A stretch of DNA of 64,000 nt from an uncultured Polyangiaceae bacterium (lineage in GTDB: Bacteria; Desulfobacterota; Binatia; UTPRO1), in assembly GCA_964631985.1 (NCBI GenBank), contig CAZWAX010000002.1, positions 2,129 to 66,128 on the forward strand, written 5' to 3'. This document shows, in pieces, positions 9,167 to 18,996 of the stretch; the stretch's first letter is position 1; each line of letters starts with the position of its first letter. The notes beneath the pieces were generated by a model, which had not been told where the DNA came from, made no database searches, and saw nothing but the letters and a program-made list of their open reading frames with translations. A program made the position numbers and the translations under genes.

Positions 9167-10399
9167 GTGAACGAAACGGTCGTCATTGCCGGCGCCGGGC
9201 AGGCCGCCAGCCAGGTCGTCGCGAGCCTTCGCCAGGAAGGTTTTGACGGACGGATCGTGCTGGTGGGAGCGGAGCCATTGCTGCCGTATCAGCGTCCGCC
9301 GCTCTCGAAGGCCTTTCTGGCGGGCGCCATGCCGCTGGAGCGCTTGTTCGTGAAGCCGCCCGCGTTCTACGACCAGGCGCGCGTCGAACCGCTGCTAGGG
9401 GTCACTGTTGCCGGACTCGATCCCGGCCGGCGGCGGGTGCGGCTCGACGATGGCCGCGAGTTGGTCTTCGATCACTTGTTGCTCGCAACCGGTGGACGGC
9501 CCCGCCGCCTCGACTGCGCCGGCGCCGATCATCCGCGTCTGCACTACCTCCGTACGGTGGCGGACGTCGACGGCATTCGCGCCGACTTCTGTCCGGGGGC
9601 GCGCCTGGTCCTGATCGGCGGCGGCTACATCGGTCTCGAGATCGCGGCCGTGGCGATCAAACTGGGGCTCGAGGTGACCGTGCTGGAGGCGGCGCCGACG
9701 GTGCTGGCGCGCGTCACCTGTGCGGCCGTGGCCCACTTCTTCGAGCGCGTGCATCGGCAGGCGGGCGTGACGATCCGCTGCGCGGCGACCGTGACGGCGA
9801 TCGAGGGCGATGCGTCGCGGGCGCGGGTCGTGACCGGAGACGGTGCGCGTATCGACGCCGACCTGGTCATTGCCGGCATCGGCCTGCTGCCGAACGTCGA
9901 CCTGGCCGCGACAGCGGGGCTGGCCTGCGACAACGGTATCGTCGTTGACGAGGAGTGTCGGACATCCGCGCCCGGCATCTTCGCCGCCGGCGACTGCACG
10001 CAGCATCCCAGCGCGGTCTACGGCGGTCGGCTGCGCCTGGAGTCGGTGCACAATGCGATCGAGCAAGGCAAGACGGCAGCGGCGGCAATCTGCGGCAAGG
10101 CGAAGCCGTATCGACAAGTGCCCTGGTTCTGGTCCGATCAGTACGACATCAAGCTGCAAACCGCGGGCCTGAGCGGCGGGCATGACCGGGTCGTGATGCG
10201 GGGCGACCCCGACAGCCATGCGTTCGCGGCGTTCTACCTCCGCGACGGTCGCGTGCTTGCCGTCGATGCGATCAACCGGCCGGCCGAGTTCATGGCGGCG
10301 AAAGGATGGATTGCGAACCACGCCGCTATCGCACCCGAACGGCTCGCCGACGAACGTATCGCACCCAAGGATCTCGCAACGAAAGATCTCGCGGCCTGA
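9167..10399 (+). CDS. FAD-dependent ferredoxin reductase (putidaredoxin-reductase type)
   Basis: GTG start in frame inside a longer ORF. Two Rossmann GxGxxG/A motifs (VVIAGAGQAA; LVLIGGGYIGLE). Typical CYP153-operon partner. Confidence 0.85.
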   Translation: MNETVVIAGAGQAASQVVASLRQEGFDGRIVLVGAEPLLPYQRPPLSKAFLAGAMPLERLFVKPPAFYDQARVEPLLGVTVAGLDPGRRRVRLDDGRELVFDHLLLATGGRPRRLDCAGADHPRLHYLRTVADVDGIRADFCPGARLVLIGGGYIGLEIAAVAIKLGLEVTVLEAAPTVLARVTCAAVAHFFERVHRQAGVTIRCAATVTAIEGDASRARVVTGDGARIDADLVIAGIGLLPNVDLAATAGLACDNGIVVDEECRTSAPGIFAAGDCTQHPSAVYGGRLRLESVHNAIEQGKTAAAAICGKAKPYRQVPWFWSDQYDIKLQTAGLSGGHDRVVMRGDPDSHAFAAFYLRDGRVLAVDAINRPAEFMAAKGWIANHAAIAPERLADERIAPKDLATKDLAA

Positions 10400-10438
10400 G
10401 TCGCGGGCCCAACCCAAGCCCCGTTCTGGAGAACCAAC

Positions 10439-10759
10439 ATGGCGAAAGTCACGTTCATCGAATACAGCGGCACGGTCCGCACCGTCGACCTCGACGACGG
10501 TCAGTCGTTGATGGAGGCCGCGGTCAATAACCTGGTGCCCGGTATCGACGGCGACTGCGGGGGGGCCTGCGCCGGCGCCCCCTGCCACCTGCACGTGGAC
10601 GCCGAATGGCTCGACAAGCTGCCGCCGATGGCAGCGATGGAGAAGTCGATGCTCGAGCTCGCCGCAGGCTGCGACGAATCGTCACGTCTGGGATGCCAGA
10701 TCAAGGTCTGCCCCGCGCTCGACGGCATCGTGGTGCGGACGCCAGCCGGCCAGCACTAG
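10439..10759 (+). CDS. 2Fe-2S ferredoxin (adrenodoxin/putidaredoxin type)
   Basis: 106 aa. Cys ligand pattern CGGACAGAPCH...C (LGCQ). Third gene of the CYP153 operon. Confidence 0.85.
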   Translation: MAKVTFIEYSGTVRTVDLDDGQSLMEAAVNNLVPGIDGDCGGACAGAPCHLHVDAEWLDKLPPMAAMEKSMLELAAGCDESSRLGCQIKVCPALDGIVVRTPAGQH

Positions 10760-10786
10760 AGAACTGGAGGGATTGGCAGGGACGCG

Positions 10787-11584
10787 ATGGATCTCGATCT
10801 CGACGGCAAGTCCGTGCTGGTGACGGGCGGGGCTTCCAACATCGGACGGGCGATCACGCTGGCGTTCGCAGCCGAGGGGGCCAACGTGACGCTGGGAGAC
10901 CTCGACGAGACGCAGGCGGCGCGTGTCGCCGTCACGGCGGCGGAGCGCGGTCAGGGCCGCGTCGAAGTCGTACGTGCGGACGTCACCGACCGCGCTGACG
11001 TCGAGCGGCTGGTGGAAAGCGCCCGCCGCGCCTTCGGCGTGGTCGACGTGCTGATCAACGGGGTCGGTTGGGACGATCTCAAGTTCTTCGGCCAAACGAC
11101 GCCGGAGCTCTGGGACAAGATCATCCGCGTGAACTTCGTGAGCGTCCTCAACTGCACTCGTGCGGTGCTCGATGAGATGGTCGCGCGCCGGGGCGGCGCC
11201 ATCGTCTCGATCAGCTCGGATGCGAGCCGTCAGGGCGAGCCCCGTGAGGCGGTCTACGGTGGTATGAAGGCCGCGGTGAACAGCTTCATGAAGACCATCG
11301 CCAAAGAATTCGGCCGCTCCGGCATCCGGTGCAACGTGGTTTGTCCCGGGGTCACGCTGCCCGAACACGAGGAAGAGCTCGGAGCGAATAGTCTCTGGGT
11401 CCGCCGCAGTGACATCTTCAGCGACGAGCAGCTCGTGAAGCTCACCCGGGCCTTGCCCTTGCGGAAGCTCGGCCGTCCGGCGGACATCGCCAACGCCGTT
11501 GTTTTCCTCGCCTCGCAGCGGGTGGCGGGGCACATTACCGGCCAAGTGCTGAGCGTGAGCGGTGGCTACAGCATGATCGGCTGA
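10787..11584 (+). CDS. SDR family oxidoreductase
   Basis: TGGASNIGRA glycine-rich motif, catalytic YGGMKAA (YxxxK), NVVCPG. Confidence 0.85.
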   Translation: MDLDLDGKSVLVTGGASNIGRAITLAFAAEGANVTLGDLDETQAARVAVTAAERGQGRVEVVRADVTDRADVERLVESARRAFGVVDVLINGVGWDDLKFFGQTTPELWDKIIRVNFVSVLNCTRAVLDEMVARRGGAIVSISSDASRQGEPREAVYGGMKAAVNSFMKTIAKEFGRSGIRCNVVCPGVTLPEHEEELGANSLWVRRSDIFSDEQLVKLTRALPLRKLGRPADIANAVVFLASQRVAGHITGQVLSVSGGYSMIG

Positions 11585-11617
11585 GCCGGCAACCGAGAAA
11601 TAAGGAGCACGCGACCA

Positions 11618-12391
11618 GTGTCCGAGTACAAAGACATTCTCTACGACGTGAAAGACGCGGTCGCGACGATCGCCATCAATCGGCCGAAGTCCCTGAATGC
11701 CTTCACCGGCGAGACGATCCTCGAGCTGCAGGACGCCATCGAACGGTCGGGGGTAAGCCGGGAAGTGGGTGTGCTCGTCCTGACGGGTGTGGGCACCCGC
11801 GCCTTTTGTGCCGGCGGCGACGTGAAGTGGGAGTCCGGTGGCGGCCTCGACGGCCTCGACTTCAAGATCAATCGCATGCTCGTCGAGTGCCCGAAGCCCG
11901 TCATCGCCCGCGTCAACGGCTATGCGATCGGGGGCGGCAACCACATCGCCTACTTCTGCGATTTCACGATCGCGGCCGAGCATGCCGTGTTCGGCCAGAA
12001 CGGGCCGCGGGTGGGCTCGCCGGCGGCCGGGCACATCGTCTCGCACTCGGCCAGCATTCTCGGCCACAAGCGGGCCCGCGAGCTGTGGATGGTCTGCCGG
12101 CGCTACTCGGCGCGGCAGATGCTCGAGTGGGGCCTGGTGAACGCGGTGGTCCCGATCGAGCAGCTCGACGACGAGGTGGCGACGTGGTGTCGGGAGCTGC
12201 TCGCTCTCAGTCCGACCTGTCTCAAGATCCACAAGCTGACGTTTCGGAAGCACATGGAACACTACCTGGCGCACGACTTCCAAGAGATCGTCACGCAAGT
12301 CGCGCCCGGATACTTCGGGACCGGTGAGCAGCAGGAGGGCGCTGCCGCGTTTCTCGAGAAGCGGGCGCCGGATTTCAGCCGCTGGCGTTGA
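11618..12391 (+). CDS. enoyl-CoA hydratase/isomerase family protein (MenB/BadI-like crotonase)
   Basis: IAINRPKSLNAF, FCAGGDV, GYAIGGG. GTG start with AAGGAG RBS. Confidence 0.8.
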   Translation: MSEYKDILYDVKDAVATIAINRPKSLNAFTGETILELQDAIERSGVSREVGVLVLTGVGTRAFCAGGDVKWESGGGLDGLDFKINRMLVECPKPVIARVNGYAIGGGNHIAYFCDFTIAAEHAVFGQNGPRVGSPAAGHIVSHSASILGHKRARELWMVCRRYSARQMLEWGLVNAVVPIEQLDDEVATWCRELLALSPTCLKIHKLTFRKHMEHYLAHDFQEIVTQVAPGYFGTGEQQEGAAAFLEKRAPDFSRWR

Positions 12392-12414
12392 CGGCGCGCA
12401 TCGGAGGCAGGGGC

Positions 12415-12960
12415 ATGACACGTGCGGACGAGGTGGTGCTCGACATGGCATTCGGCACCTGGGAAGAGGCCGAGGCGTGGATCGGGCGCGACCTACCAGT
12501 AGTAGTCGGGGCCGACCGCGTCGAGCCGTCGGTGATCCGCCGCCGCATGGAGGCTCTGGAGTGGAGCTGTCCGCTCCACGAGGGGGAGGGCCCGACGGTG
12601 GAGGCGCCGCTCTCGATGCTGCTGACCCTGGCGCTCCCACCGTACTGGTCGCCTGGGGATCCCCTGGTCCGGATTGACGATCCTGCGAAGCTGCCACCGA
12701 TGGCGATGCTGGCGATACCGGCGCCGGGGACGCAGATCACCGCCACCGAGTGCACCATCGAAGCCGGCGAGCCCGTCCGCTTGGGTGATCGCCTCACCGC
12801 CACCAGCCGGCTCGTGAGTCTCACCCGCAAACGGTTGCGCATCGGCGACGGCGCCTTCATGACCCAGGAGACCACCTACACGACGCAGGATGGTCGGAAC
12901 GTGGGGCGGAGTCTCGTCACGATCTTCCGCTTCACCCCCGAGGGGAGCGATGCCGGCTGA
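12415..12960 (+). CDS. hotdog-fold protein (FAS1-like dehydratase / ChsH2-like N-terminal type)
   Basis: GGAGG RBS before the ATG at 12415. Pairs with the downstream MaoC-like gene via an overlap. Confidence 0.6.
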   Translation: MTRADEVVLDMAFGTWEEAEAWIGRDLPVVVGADRVEPSVIRRRMEALEWSCPLHEGEGPTVEAPLSMLLTLALPPYWSPGDPLVRIDDPAKLPPMAMLAIPAPGTQITATECTIEAGEPVRLGDRLTATSRLVSLTRKRLRIGDGAFMTQETTYTTQDGRNVGRSLVTIFRFTPEGSDAG

Positions 12961-13354
12961 ATTCGCGCTCGGACGCGAGATTCCGGCCGTGTCGATCGCC
13001 GTCACGGTGCAGCGCATGGTCATGGAGGCGGGCGCCAACCGCGACTTCATGCCCGTGCACCACGACGCGCGGGTGGCGCGGGCCCAGGGCGCCCCCGACA
13101 TGTACGTCAACACGTTCTTCGTCGCCGCGATGATCGAGCGCACGATCCGCGCGTGGGCGGGACCGGAAGCCCACATGCTGCGCATCGGGCCGTTTCGGAT
13201 GACGCGCTTCGCGTGCGTCGGCCGTGTGCTCACCTGCCGCGGGCGGATCGCCGCGATCGACGGTGCCGAGGTCGAGCTCGAGATGTCGATGGCGGACGAT
13301 GCCGGCCCAACGATGAGCGGCCGTGCCCGTGTCCGCCTGGAGCCGCGGACATGA
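12950..13354 (+). CDS. MaoC-like (R)-specific enoyl-CoA hydratase/dehydratase
   Basis: Hotdog MaoC-type sequence (MVMEAGANRDFMPVHHD). Overlaps its neighbours on both sides. Confidence 0.7.
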   Translation: MPAEFALGREIPAVSIAVTVQRMVMEAGANRDFMPVHHDARVARAQGAPDMYVNTFFVAAMIERTIRAWAGPEAHMLRIGPFRMTRFACVGRVLTCRGRIAAIDGAEVELEMSMADDAGPTMSGRARVRLEPRT

Positions 13355-14520
13355 GCGCCGACATCGCCATCGTGGCCGCTTCCGAGCTGAAGCCCGGGCG
13401 GAACGGGATTGCGGCCGTCGATCTCCATTTGCTGGCCGTGCGCGAGCTCCTGGGGGCGTGGGATCTGCGGGACGTCCAACTCGACGGCTTCCTCGCGTGT
13501 CCGGCCGGAATGGCAGCCGGCGGTGGCGCCGACGTCTTCGTGCACGAGGCCGTGATCGATCACCTCGGGTTGCACCCCACGTTCGCGGAGACGATCAATG
13601 CCGGCGGATCGACCTACGTGGTCATGGTGCGGCGGGCCGTCGACGCGATCCGCGCCGGGCGTTGCGAAGCCGTGCTCTGCGTCGGGGCTGGCACCTTCCC
13701 GAAGGTCGGGAGCGGTGCCGGCGACATCATGGCCGCCATGGTCAGTCACGAGGAGTACGAGGCGCCGTATGGCGGATTCATCCCGGCGTATTACGCCCTG
13801 GCGGCAACGCGCTACCTCCACGAGACCGGCGCCAGCGTCGAGGACCTCGCCCGGGTCGCGGTGTCGCAGCGCCGCTGGGCGCGTCTCCACCCGCACGCGC
13901 TCATGCATGACGGGCCGGAGCTGACGGTGCAGGACGTGCGCGCGGCGCGTCCGATCGCCTCGCCGTTCGGTCTCCTCGACTGCTCGATCCCGACCGAAGG
14001 CGGCGGCGCGTTCGTGGTGGCCTCACGGGACGTGGCCCGGAAGATGAGCCCTCGCCCGGCATGGGTGCTCGGGACGGGGGAGTATCACGGATTCGGGTGC
14101 ATCAGTCAGGCGCCTGATCTGCTCGATCTCGGCGCGCAGGAGTCGGGTCAGCAGGCGTACGCGGAGGCGGGTCTCGCGCCGTCCGACATCGATGTCGCCG
14201 AGATCTACGACTCCTTCACGATCAATCCCTTGCTGTTCGCCGAGGACCTCGGCTTCGCCGCGCGCGGCGAGGCGTCGCGGCTCTACCGCGAGCGGCGGAC
14301 GGATCCGGGCGGGGATCTCCCCATCAATACCTACGGTGGGTTGCTGTCCTATGGCCACACTGGCGACGCGTCGGGCCTGTCCATGCTGGTCGAGGGCGCG
14401 CTTCAGGTCATGGGGCGCGCCGGCGGGCGCCAGGTGGAGCACGCGCACCGCGTCCTCGTCCACACTTACGGGGGCATGACCGTCGAGCACGCGACGGTGA
14501 TTCTCGGGGCACAGCCGTGA
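13351..14520 (+). CDS. SCP-x type thiolase / lipid-transfer protein (Ltp2-like)
   Basis: Thiolase-like fold lacking a classical N-terminal Cys box, as in recalled Ltp2/SCP-x-type proteins. ATGA overlap upstream and GTGA overlap with the DUF35 gene. Confidence 0.8.
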   Translation: MSADIAIVAASELKPGRNGIAAVDLHLLAVRELLGAWDLRDVQLDGFLACPAGMAAGGGADVFVHEAVIDHLGLHPTFAETINAGGSTYVVMVRRAVDAIRAGRCEAVLCVGAGTFPKVGSGAGDIMAAMVSHEEYEAPYGGFIPAYYALAATRYLHETGASVEDLARVAVSQRRWARLHPHALMHDGPELTVQDVRAARPIASPFGLLDCSIPTEGGGAFVVASRDVARKMSPRPAWVLGTGEYHGFGCISQAPDLLDLGAQESGQQAYAEAGLAPSDIDVAEIYDSFTINPLLFAEDLGFAARGEASRLYRERRTDPGGDLPINTYGGLLSYGHTGDASGLSMLVEGALQVMGRAGGRQVEHAHRVLVHTYGGMTVEHATVILGAQP

Positions 14521-14912
14521 CGCCAGCCACCACCATCGAACGGTACCGGAACGCCGCTGCCGCCGGAACGCTCCTGATACAGCGCTGCCTAGGCTGTCAC
14601 GCGTACATTCACTATCCACGCATCGTCTGTCCGCATTGCCGCGGGCTCGACCTCGAGTGGCTCGAGGCCTGTGGGCGTGGGCTGGTGTACTCGTTCTCGA
14701 TCGTCCATCAGCCGCCGTCGGCGCGGTGGAAGGGGCGCGTGCCGTATGTGCTCGCCATCGTCGAGCTAGAAGAGGGGCCGCGCATGATGACCAACGTCAC
14801 CGGATGTGCCGTCGATGCGGTCCGCTGCGGCATGGCGGTAACCGTGACCTTCGAAGAGCGCGACGGTCGAGCGCTTCCCCAGTTCCGCCCGGCCGATCGC
14901 CAGGCGCCATAG
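14517..14912 (+). CDS. DUF35 OB-fold/Zn-ribbon protein (thiolase partner)
   Basis: Zn-ribbon CxxC...CxxC (CLGCHAYIHYPRIVCPHC), then an OB-fold region. Confidence 0.75.
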   Translation: MTPATTIERYRNAAAAGTLLIQRCLGCHAYIHYPRIVCPHCRGLDLEWLEACGRGLVYSFSIVHQPPSARWKGRVPYVLAIVELEEGPRMMTNVTGCAVDAVRCGMAVTVTFEERDGRALPQFRPADRQAP

Positions 14913-14924
14913 AGGAGACACGGC

Positions 14925-16079
14925 ATGAGCTTCATCGAAAGCGAAGAGCAGGTGGCGATACGCGAGACGGTACGTCGTATCGCGGGCGAGTTCGGCTACG
15001 AGTATTGGGCCGCGAAGACGCGGGCCGGGGAGCGGACGCACGAGCTGTGGCGGGCGCTCGGCCGCGGCGGCTTTCTCGGCATCAACGTCCCTGAAGTATA
15101 CGGGGGCGGCGGCGCCGGCATCCGCGAGCTCGCCATCGTCTGCGAGGAAGTGGCCGCCGTCGGCTGTCCGCTGCTGATGATCGTCGTGTCACCGGCGATC
15201 TGCGCCTCGATCCTCGCGGCGCACGCGAGCGACGAATTGAAACGCCGATGGCTGCCGGGTATCGCCTCCGGCGAGCGGAAGATGGCCTTCGCGATCACCG
15301 AGCCCGATGCCGGATCGAACTCCCACAACATCGCGACGACGGCCGAACGCGTCGGCGACGCCTACCGCCTGCGCGGATCGAAGACGTTCATCTCGGGGGT
15401 GGATGAGGCGGAGGCGATTCTGGTCGTCGCGCGGACCGGCTCGGACGAGCCGACGGGGCGGGGGAAGCTCTCGCTGTTCGTGGTCGAGACCGACCGGCCA
15501 GGGTTGGAGAAGAGTTTCATTCCCATCGAGATCTTCGCGCCCGAGAAGCAGTATCTCCTGCATTTCGACGACCTCGAGGTGCCGAACGCAAACCTCGTTG
15601 GCGAGGAGCACCACGGGCTCCGCACGGTATTCGACGGCCTCAACCCTGAGCGCATCATGGGTGCGGCCGTCTCGTTGGGCATCGCCCGCTACGCCCTCGA
15701 GAAGGCCGCGCGCTACGCCAACGAGCGCGTGGTGTGGCGGGTGCCGATCGGCTCACACCAGGGTCTCGCCCATCCGATGGCCGAGGCCAAGATCGAGGTG
15801 GAGCTCGCGCGCCTGATGATGAGCAAGGCCGCCTGGCTCTACGACCAGGGGTTACCGGCGGGCGAGGAGGCCAACATGGCCAAGTACGCCGCGGCCGAGG
15901 CTGGGCTCCACGCGCTCGACTGCGCCATCCAGACCCACGGGGGCAACGGGATGGCATCGGAGTACGGGCTCGCGACGATGTGGGGGATGACCCGCCTGCT
16001 GCGCACGGCGCCGATCAGCCGCGAGATGATCCTGAACTTCATCGGCCAGCACGCCCTCGGCCTGCCAAGGTCGTACTGA
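14925..16079 (+). CDS. acyl-CoA dehydrogenase
   Basis: ACAD N-terminal, middle and C-terminal hallmarks (AFAITEPDAGSNS; GGNGM). Confidence 0.9.
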   Translation: MSFIESEEQVAIRETVRRIAGEFGYEYWAAKTRAGERTHELWRALGRGGFLGINVPEVYGGGGAGIRELAIVCEEVAAVGCPLLMIVVSPAICASILAAHASDELKRRWLPGIASGERKMAFAITEPDAGSNSHNIATTAERVGDAYRLRGSKTFISGVDEAEAILVVARTGSDEPTGRGKLSLFVVETDRPGLEKSFIPIEIFAPEKQYLLHFDDLEVPNANLVGEEHHGLRTVFDGLNPERIMGAAVSLGIARYALEKAARYANERVVWRVPIGSHQGLAHPMAEAKIEVELARLMMSKAAWLYDQGLPAGEEANMAKYAAAEAGLHALDCAIQTHGGNGMASEYGLATMWGMTRLLRTAPISREMILNFIGQHALGLPRSY

Positions 16080-16136
16080 GTCCTACTGCCGGAGGTCCTC
16101 TCGCCGGCCGCGGCGCAACAAGGAGACGAAGGGACC

Positions 16137-17780
16137 ATGACGAACGTTCGGCAGAATTCGCGAGCACGTGGCACAGCGCCGGTCGATCGCTACGACGCCA
16201 TCATCATCGGTGCGGGGATCGCAGGCATGTATCAGCTCTACCGCCTTCGGGAACTCGGGCTCTCCGTTCGGGTCTTCGAGGCCGGAGGTGGGGTGGGCGG
16301 AACCTGGTACTGGAACCGCTACCCCGGCGCGCGTTTCGATTCCGAGAGCTACAGCTATGGCTACTCGTTCGACGAAAAGCTTCTGCAGGACTGGGACTGG
16401 AGCGAGCACTTTTCCCCGCAGCCCGAGACGCTGCGCTACCTCGAGCTCGTCGCGGACCGGTTCGACCTGCGCAAGGACATCGAGTTCGACAGCCGCATCA
16501 CGACCGCGACGTTCGACCAGGCCGAGAGCGTCTGGGAGATCGAGACCGAGAACGGTCGCCGTGCGCGGGCCCAGCTCATGATCACGGCAATCGGCGTCCT
16601 GTCCGCCCCGACGTGGCCGAACATCAAGGGGATCGAGAGCTTCGAGGGCGCCGCGTACCACACGGCTCGGTGGCCGCACGAGCCCGTGGAATTCACCGGC
16701 AAACGCGTCGGCGTGATCGGAACGGGCGCGACTGGCGTCCAGGTCATACAGGAGGTCGCCAAGACAGCGGGCCACCTCACGGTCTTCCAGCGGACGCCGA
16801 ACTACTGCGCACCGCTGGGCAACCGTCCAATCGACGAGGAGACTCAGCGCACGATCAAGGCGAGCTATCCCGAGATCTTCGCGAAGTGTCGGGAGTCCTT
16901 CGGCGGCTTCCTCCACGAGTTCGACCCGCGCTCCACCCTGGAGGTGCCGCCGGAAGAGCGCGAGGCGTTCTGGGAGAATCGCTACCGGGAGCCCGGCTTC
17001 GCCATGTGGCTGGGTAACTTCAGCGACATCCTGATCAGCAAGGAGGCGAACGACCTCATCAGCGAGTTCATGCGCAAGAAGATCCGCGAGCGCGTTCGGG
17101 ACCCCGAGACCGCGGAGAAGCTGTGCCCGACGAACCACGGCTTCGGCACCCGGCGCGTGCCGCAAGAGACGGGCTACTACGAGGTCTACAACCAGGACAA
17201 CGTCGAGCTGGTCGATCTCCGGGAGACACCCATCGAGCGCATCACACCGAAGGGCATCCAGACCGAGAACGCCGAGTACGAGCTCGACATCATCATCTAC
17301 GCCACGGGTTTCGATGCCATCACCGGGGCGTTCGACCGGATCGACATCCGCGGGAGGGGCGGGCAGAAGCTCAAGGACAAGTGGGCGGACGGCCCGCGGA
17401 CCTACCTCGGAATCCAGGGCGTCGGCTTTCCCAACCTCCTAACGCTGGTCGGGCCGCACAACGCCGCCACCTTCTGCAACATTCCGCGCTGCATCGAGCA
17501 GAACGTGGAGTGGGTGACGGACCTGATCCGCTACATGCGCCAGAACGGCTACACACGCATCGAGCCGACCGAAACCGCCGAGGACGCGTGGACACGGCAC
17601 GTGTACGAGTTGGTCGAGGCCACGCTCCTGCCGACGGCCGATTCCTGGTTCATGGGCGTGAACCAGAATCTCCCGAACAAGAAGCGCACCTTCCTGGCCT
17701 ACATGGGCGGCGCGCCGGCCTACCGCGCCAGGTGCAACGACATCGCCGCGAAGGGCTATGAGGGCTTCGTGCTCCAATAA
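16137..17780 (+). CDS. Baeyer-Villiger monooxygenase (type I flavin-containing BVMO, cyclohexanone-monooxygenase-like)
   Basis: IIGAGIAGM FAD motif. BVMO fingerprint FEGAAYHTARWP. Second Rossmann VIGTGATG. Confidence 0.9.
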   Translation: MTNVRQNSRARGTAPVDRYDAIIIGAGIAGMYQLYRLRELGLSVRVFEAGGGVGGTWYWNRYPGARFDSESYSYGYSFDEKLLQDWDWSEHFSPQPETLRYLELVADRFDLRKDIEFDSRITTATFDQAESVWEIETENGRRARAQLMITAIGVLSAPTWPNIKGIESFEGAAYHTARWPHEPVEFTGKRVGVIGTGATGVQVIQEVAKTAGHLTVFQRTPNYCAPLGNRPIDEETQRTIKASYPEIFAKCRESFGGFLHEFDPRSTLEVPPEEREAFWENRYREPGFAMWLGNFSDILISKEANDLISEFMRKKIRERVRDPETAEKLCPTNHGFGTRRVPQETGYYEVYNQDNVELVDLRETPIERITPKGIQTENAEYELDIIIYATGFDAITGAFDRIDIRGRGGQKLKDKWADGPRTYLGIQGVGFPNLLTLVGPHNAATFCNIPRCIEQNVEWVTDLIRYMRQNGYTRIEPTETAEDAWTRHVYELVEATLLPTADSWFMGVNQNLPNKKRTFLAYMGGAPAYRARCNDIAAKGYEGFVLQ

Positions 17781-17823
17781 CCCGAACGGCCGCGGTGTGA
17801 GCCCGTCAGGCTATTCGATCGGC

Positions 17824-17862
17824 CCGGAATCGGTGTTCGGCTTGCTCCGGAATCGGTGTTCG
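17824..17862. repeat. 16-bp direct repeat ccggaatcggtgttcg x2 separated by 7 bp
   Basis: Exact 16-mer at 17824-17839 and 17847-17862, at the junction between the BVMO 3' end and the truncated Z-family fragment. Confidence 0.6.
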
Positions 17863-18179
17863 ACATGGCCCGGTGCACGCAGCCGGAGGATCCTGAGCTC
17901 ACCATCGAGAAGCTCGCCGGCGTTTTCGACGTGATGAAGCCCCATCTCGTCGCAACCTATGAGGCAACGGCGCGCGGCACCGATCAAATCGCCGATGCCC
18001 CGACCGTCGAGCTGCTGGAAGACATCGTCCGGCGCACTCGGCACCATGTCGCCTGGGGTCAGGAGGTGCTCGACCGGTTGTGCGACACCCCGGCGAAGCG
18101 AGAACGACGCCGTCTCCGCGCGACGAAGCTCCAGGCCAGCGTATGTGCCTGTGGTGGCGTCACGGCCGAGCTATCATGA
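17856..18179 (+). pseudogene. C-terminal relic of protein-Z family (paralog of 56127-56795), N-terminally truncated
   Basis: 107 aa aligning to the C-terminal half of the 222-aa protein Z (PEDPELTIEKLAGVFDV..PH.VATYE.TAR.TDQIADAPTVELL..IVRR). The N-terminal ~120 aa are absent. Confidence 0.5.
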
Positions 18180-18216
18180 GAGCTAACCAAATAGAGGGGG
18201 CGGTTGGCTCGTGCGG

Positions 18217-18834
18217 CTACGCCGTGTGAGCGCGCCGCTTGCGGGTCATGCGTTCCTCGATCTCCGCGTCCTGGAATGATCGGGGCATGCTTGCGACCAC
18301 GATCATCCGAGCGGTCCGCTTCGCCGCGTTGCGCCACGAATGCGGGAGGCTGCTTTTGAAGTGCAGGCTGTCGCCGGGCCGGAGCACGAAGCGCCGATCC
18401 CCGATTTGAAAGTCGACCTGCCCTTCCAGGCAGATCGTGAGCTCGTCGCCGCGGTGTTGAAGCGGCGTGCGGCCGCTGCCCTTCCCGGGTGGCATGATGA
18501 TCTCGTAGGCGTCGAAGTCCGGAGCCCGGAGATCGGCCGCGAGACGCTCGATCCGAATGTGATTGCTGGTTCCCATCGATGATCGCCGATTGGCTTCGCG
18601 GTGCCCGATCTCAAGAGACCCCTCGTCGTCACCGATGAAGTAGCTGACCCGCCGCTTGAGACCGGCGGCGATTTTCATCAGGACGGCGATCGTGGGCACC
18701 ATTTGACTCTGCTCGATCTTCTGGATGGTGCTCGGCGCGACGCCGCTTCGTGTCGCGAGGTCGAGCAGCGTCAGATCCGCTTCCTTGCGGCACGCTTTCA
18801 TTCGAAATCCGAGAAGTCTGAGTTCACCCTCCAT
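18217..18834 (-). CDS. XRE-family HTH regulator with C-terminal cupin domain
   Basis: HTH (LTLLDLATRSGVAPSTIQKIEQ) plus a cupin motif region. Divergent from the ACAD pair. Confidence 0.8.
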   Translation of the reverse strand: MEGELRLLGFRMKACRKEADLTLLDLATRSGVAPSTIQKIEQSQMVPTIAVLMKIAAGLKRRVSYFIGDDEGSLEIGHREANRRSSMGTSNHIRIERLAADLRAPDFDAYEIIMPPGKGSGRTPLQHRGDELTICLEGQVDFQIGDRRFVLRPGDSLHFKSSLPHSWRNAAKRTARMIVVASMPRSFQDAEIEERMTRKRRAHTA

Positions 18835-18996
18835 CGATGTTTCGCTGCTTCGCCCGATGGGTCGTCGTTGTCAAGCAGGATGATGAACGCCGACGTCGCC
18901 TCGGTCGGAAGTTCTAGACTTTCAGAAACGAAATGAGTAGTGAGGATCGGAAACACGTATCAGCCCGAAGCGTCGTTTCGAGAAGAGAATCCTGCC

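Noticed and set aside
10682-12697. 671-aa minus-strand ORF
   Set aside because: It runs antisense to well-supported SDR and crotonase genes. It is Arg/Ala/Pro/Gly-rich with no domain hallmarks, and is a typical spurious long ORF in high-GC DNA.
12493-13908. 471-aa minus-strand ORF
   Set aside because: It is antisense to the MaoC/thiolase module and has no recognisable motifs.
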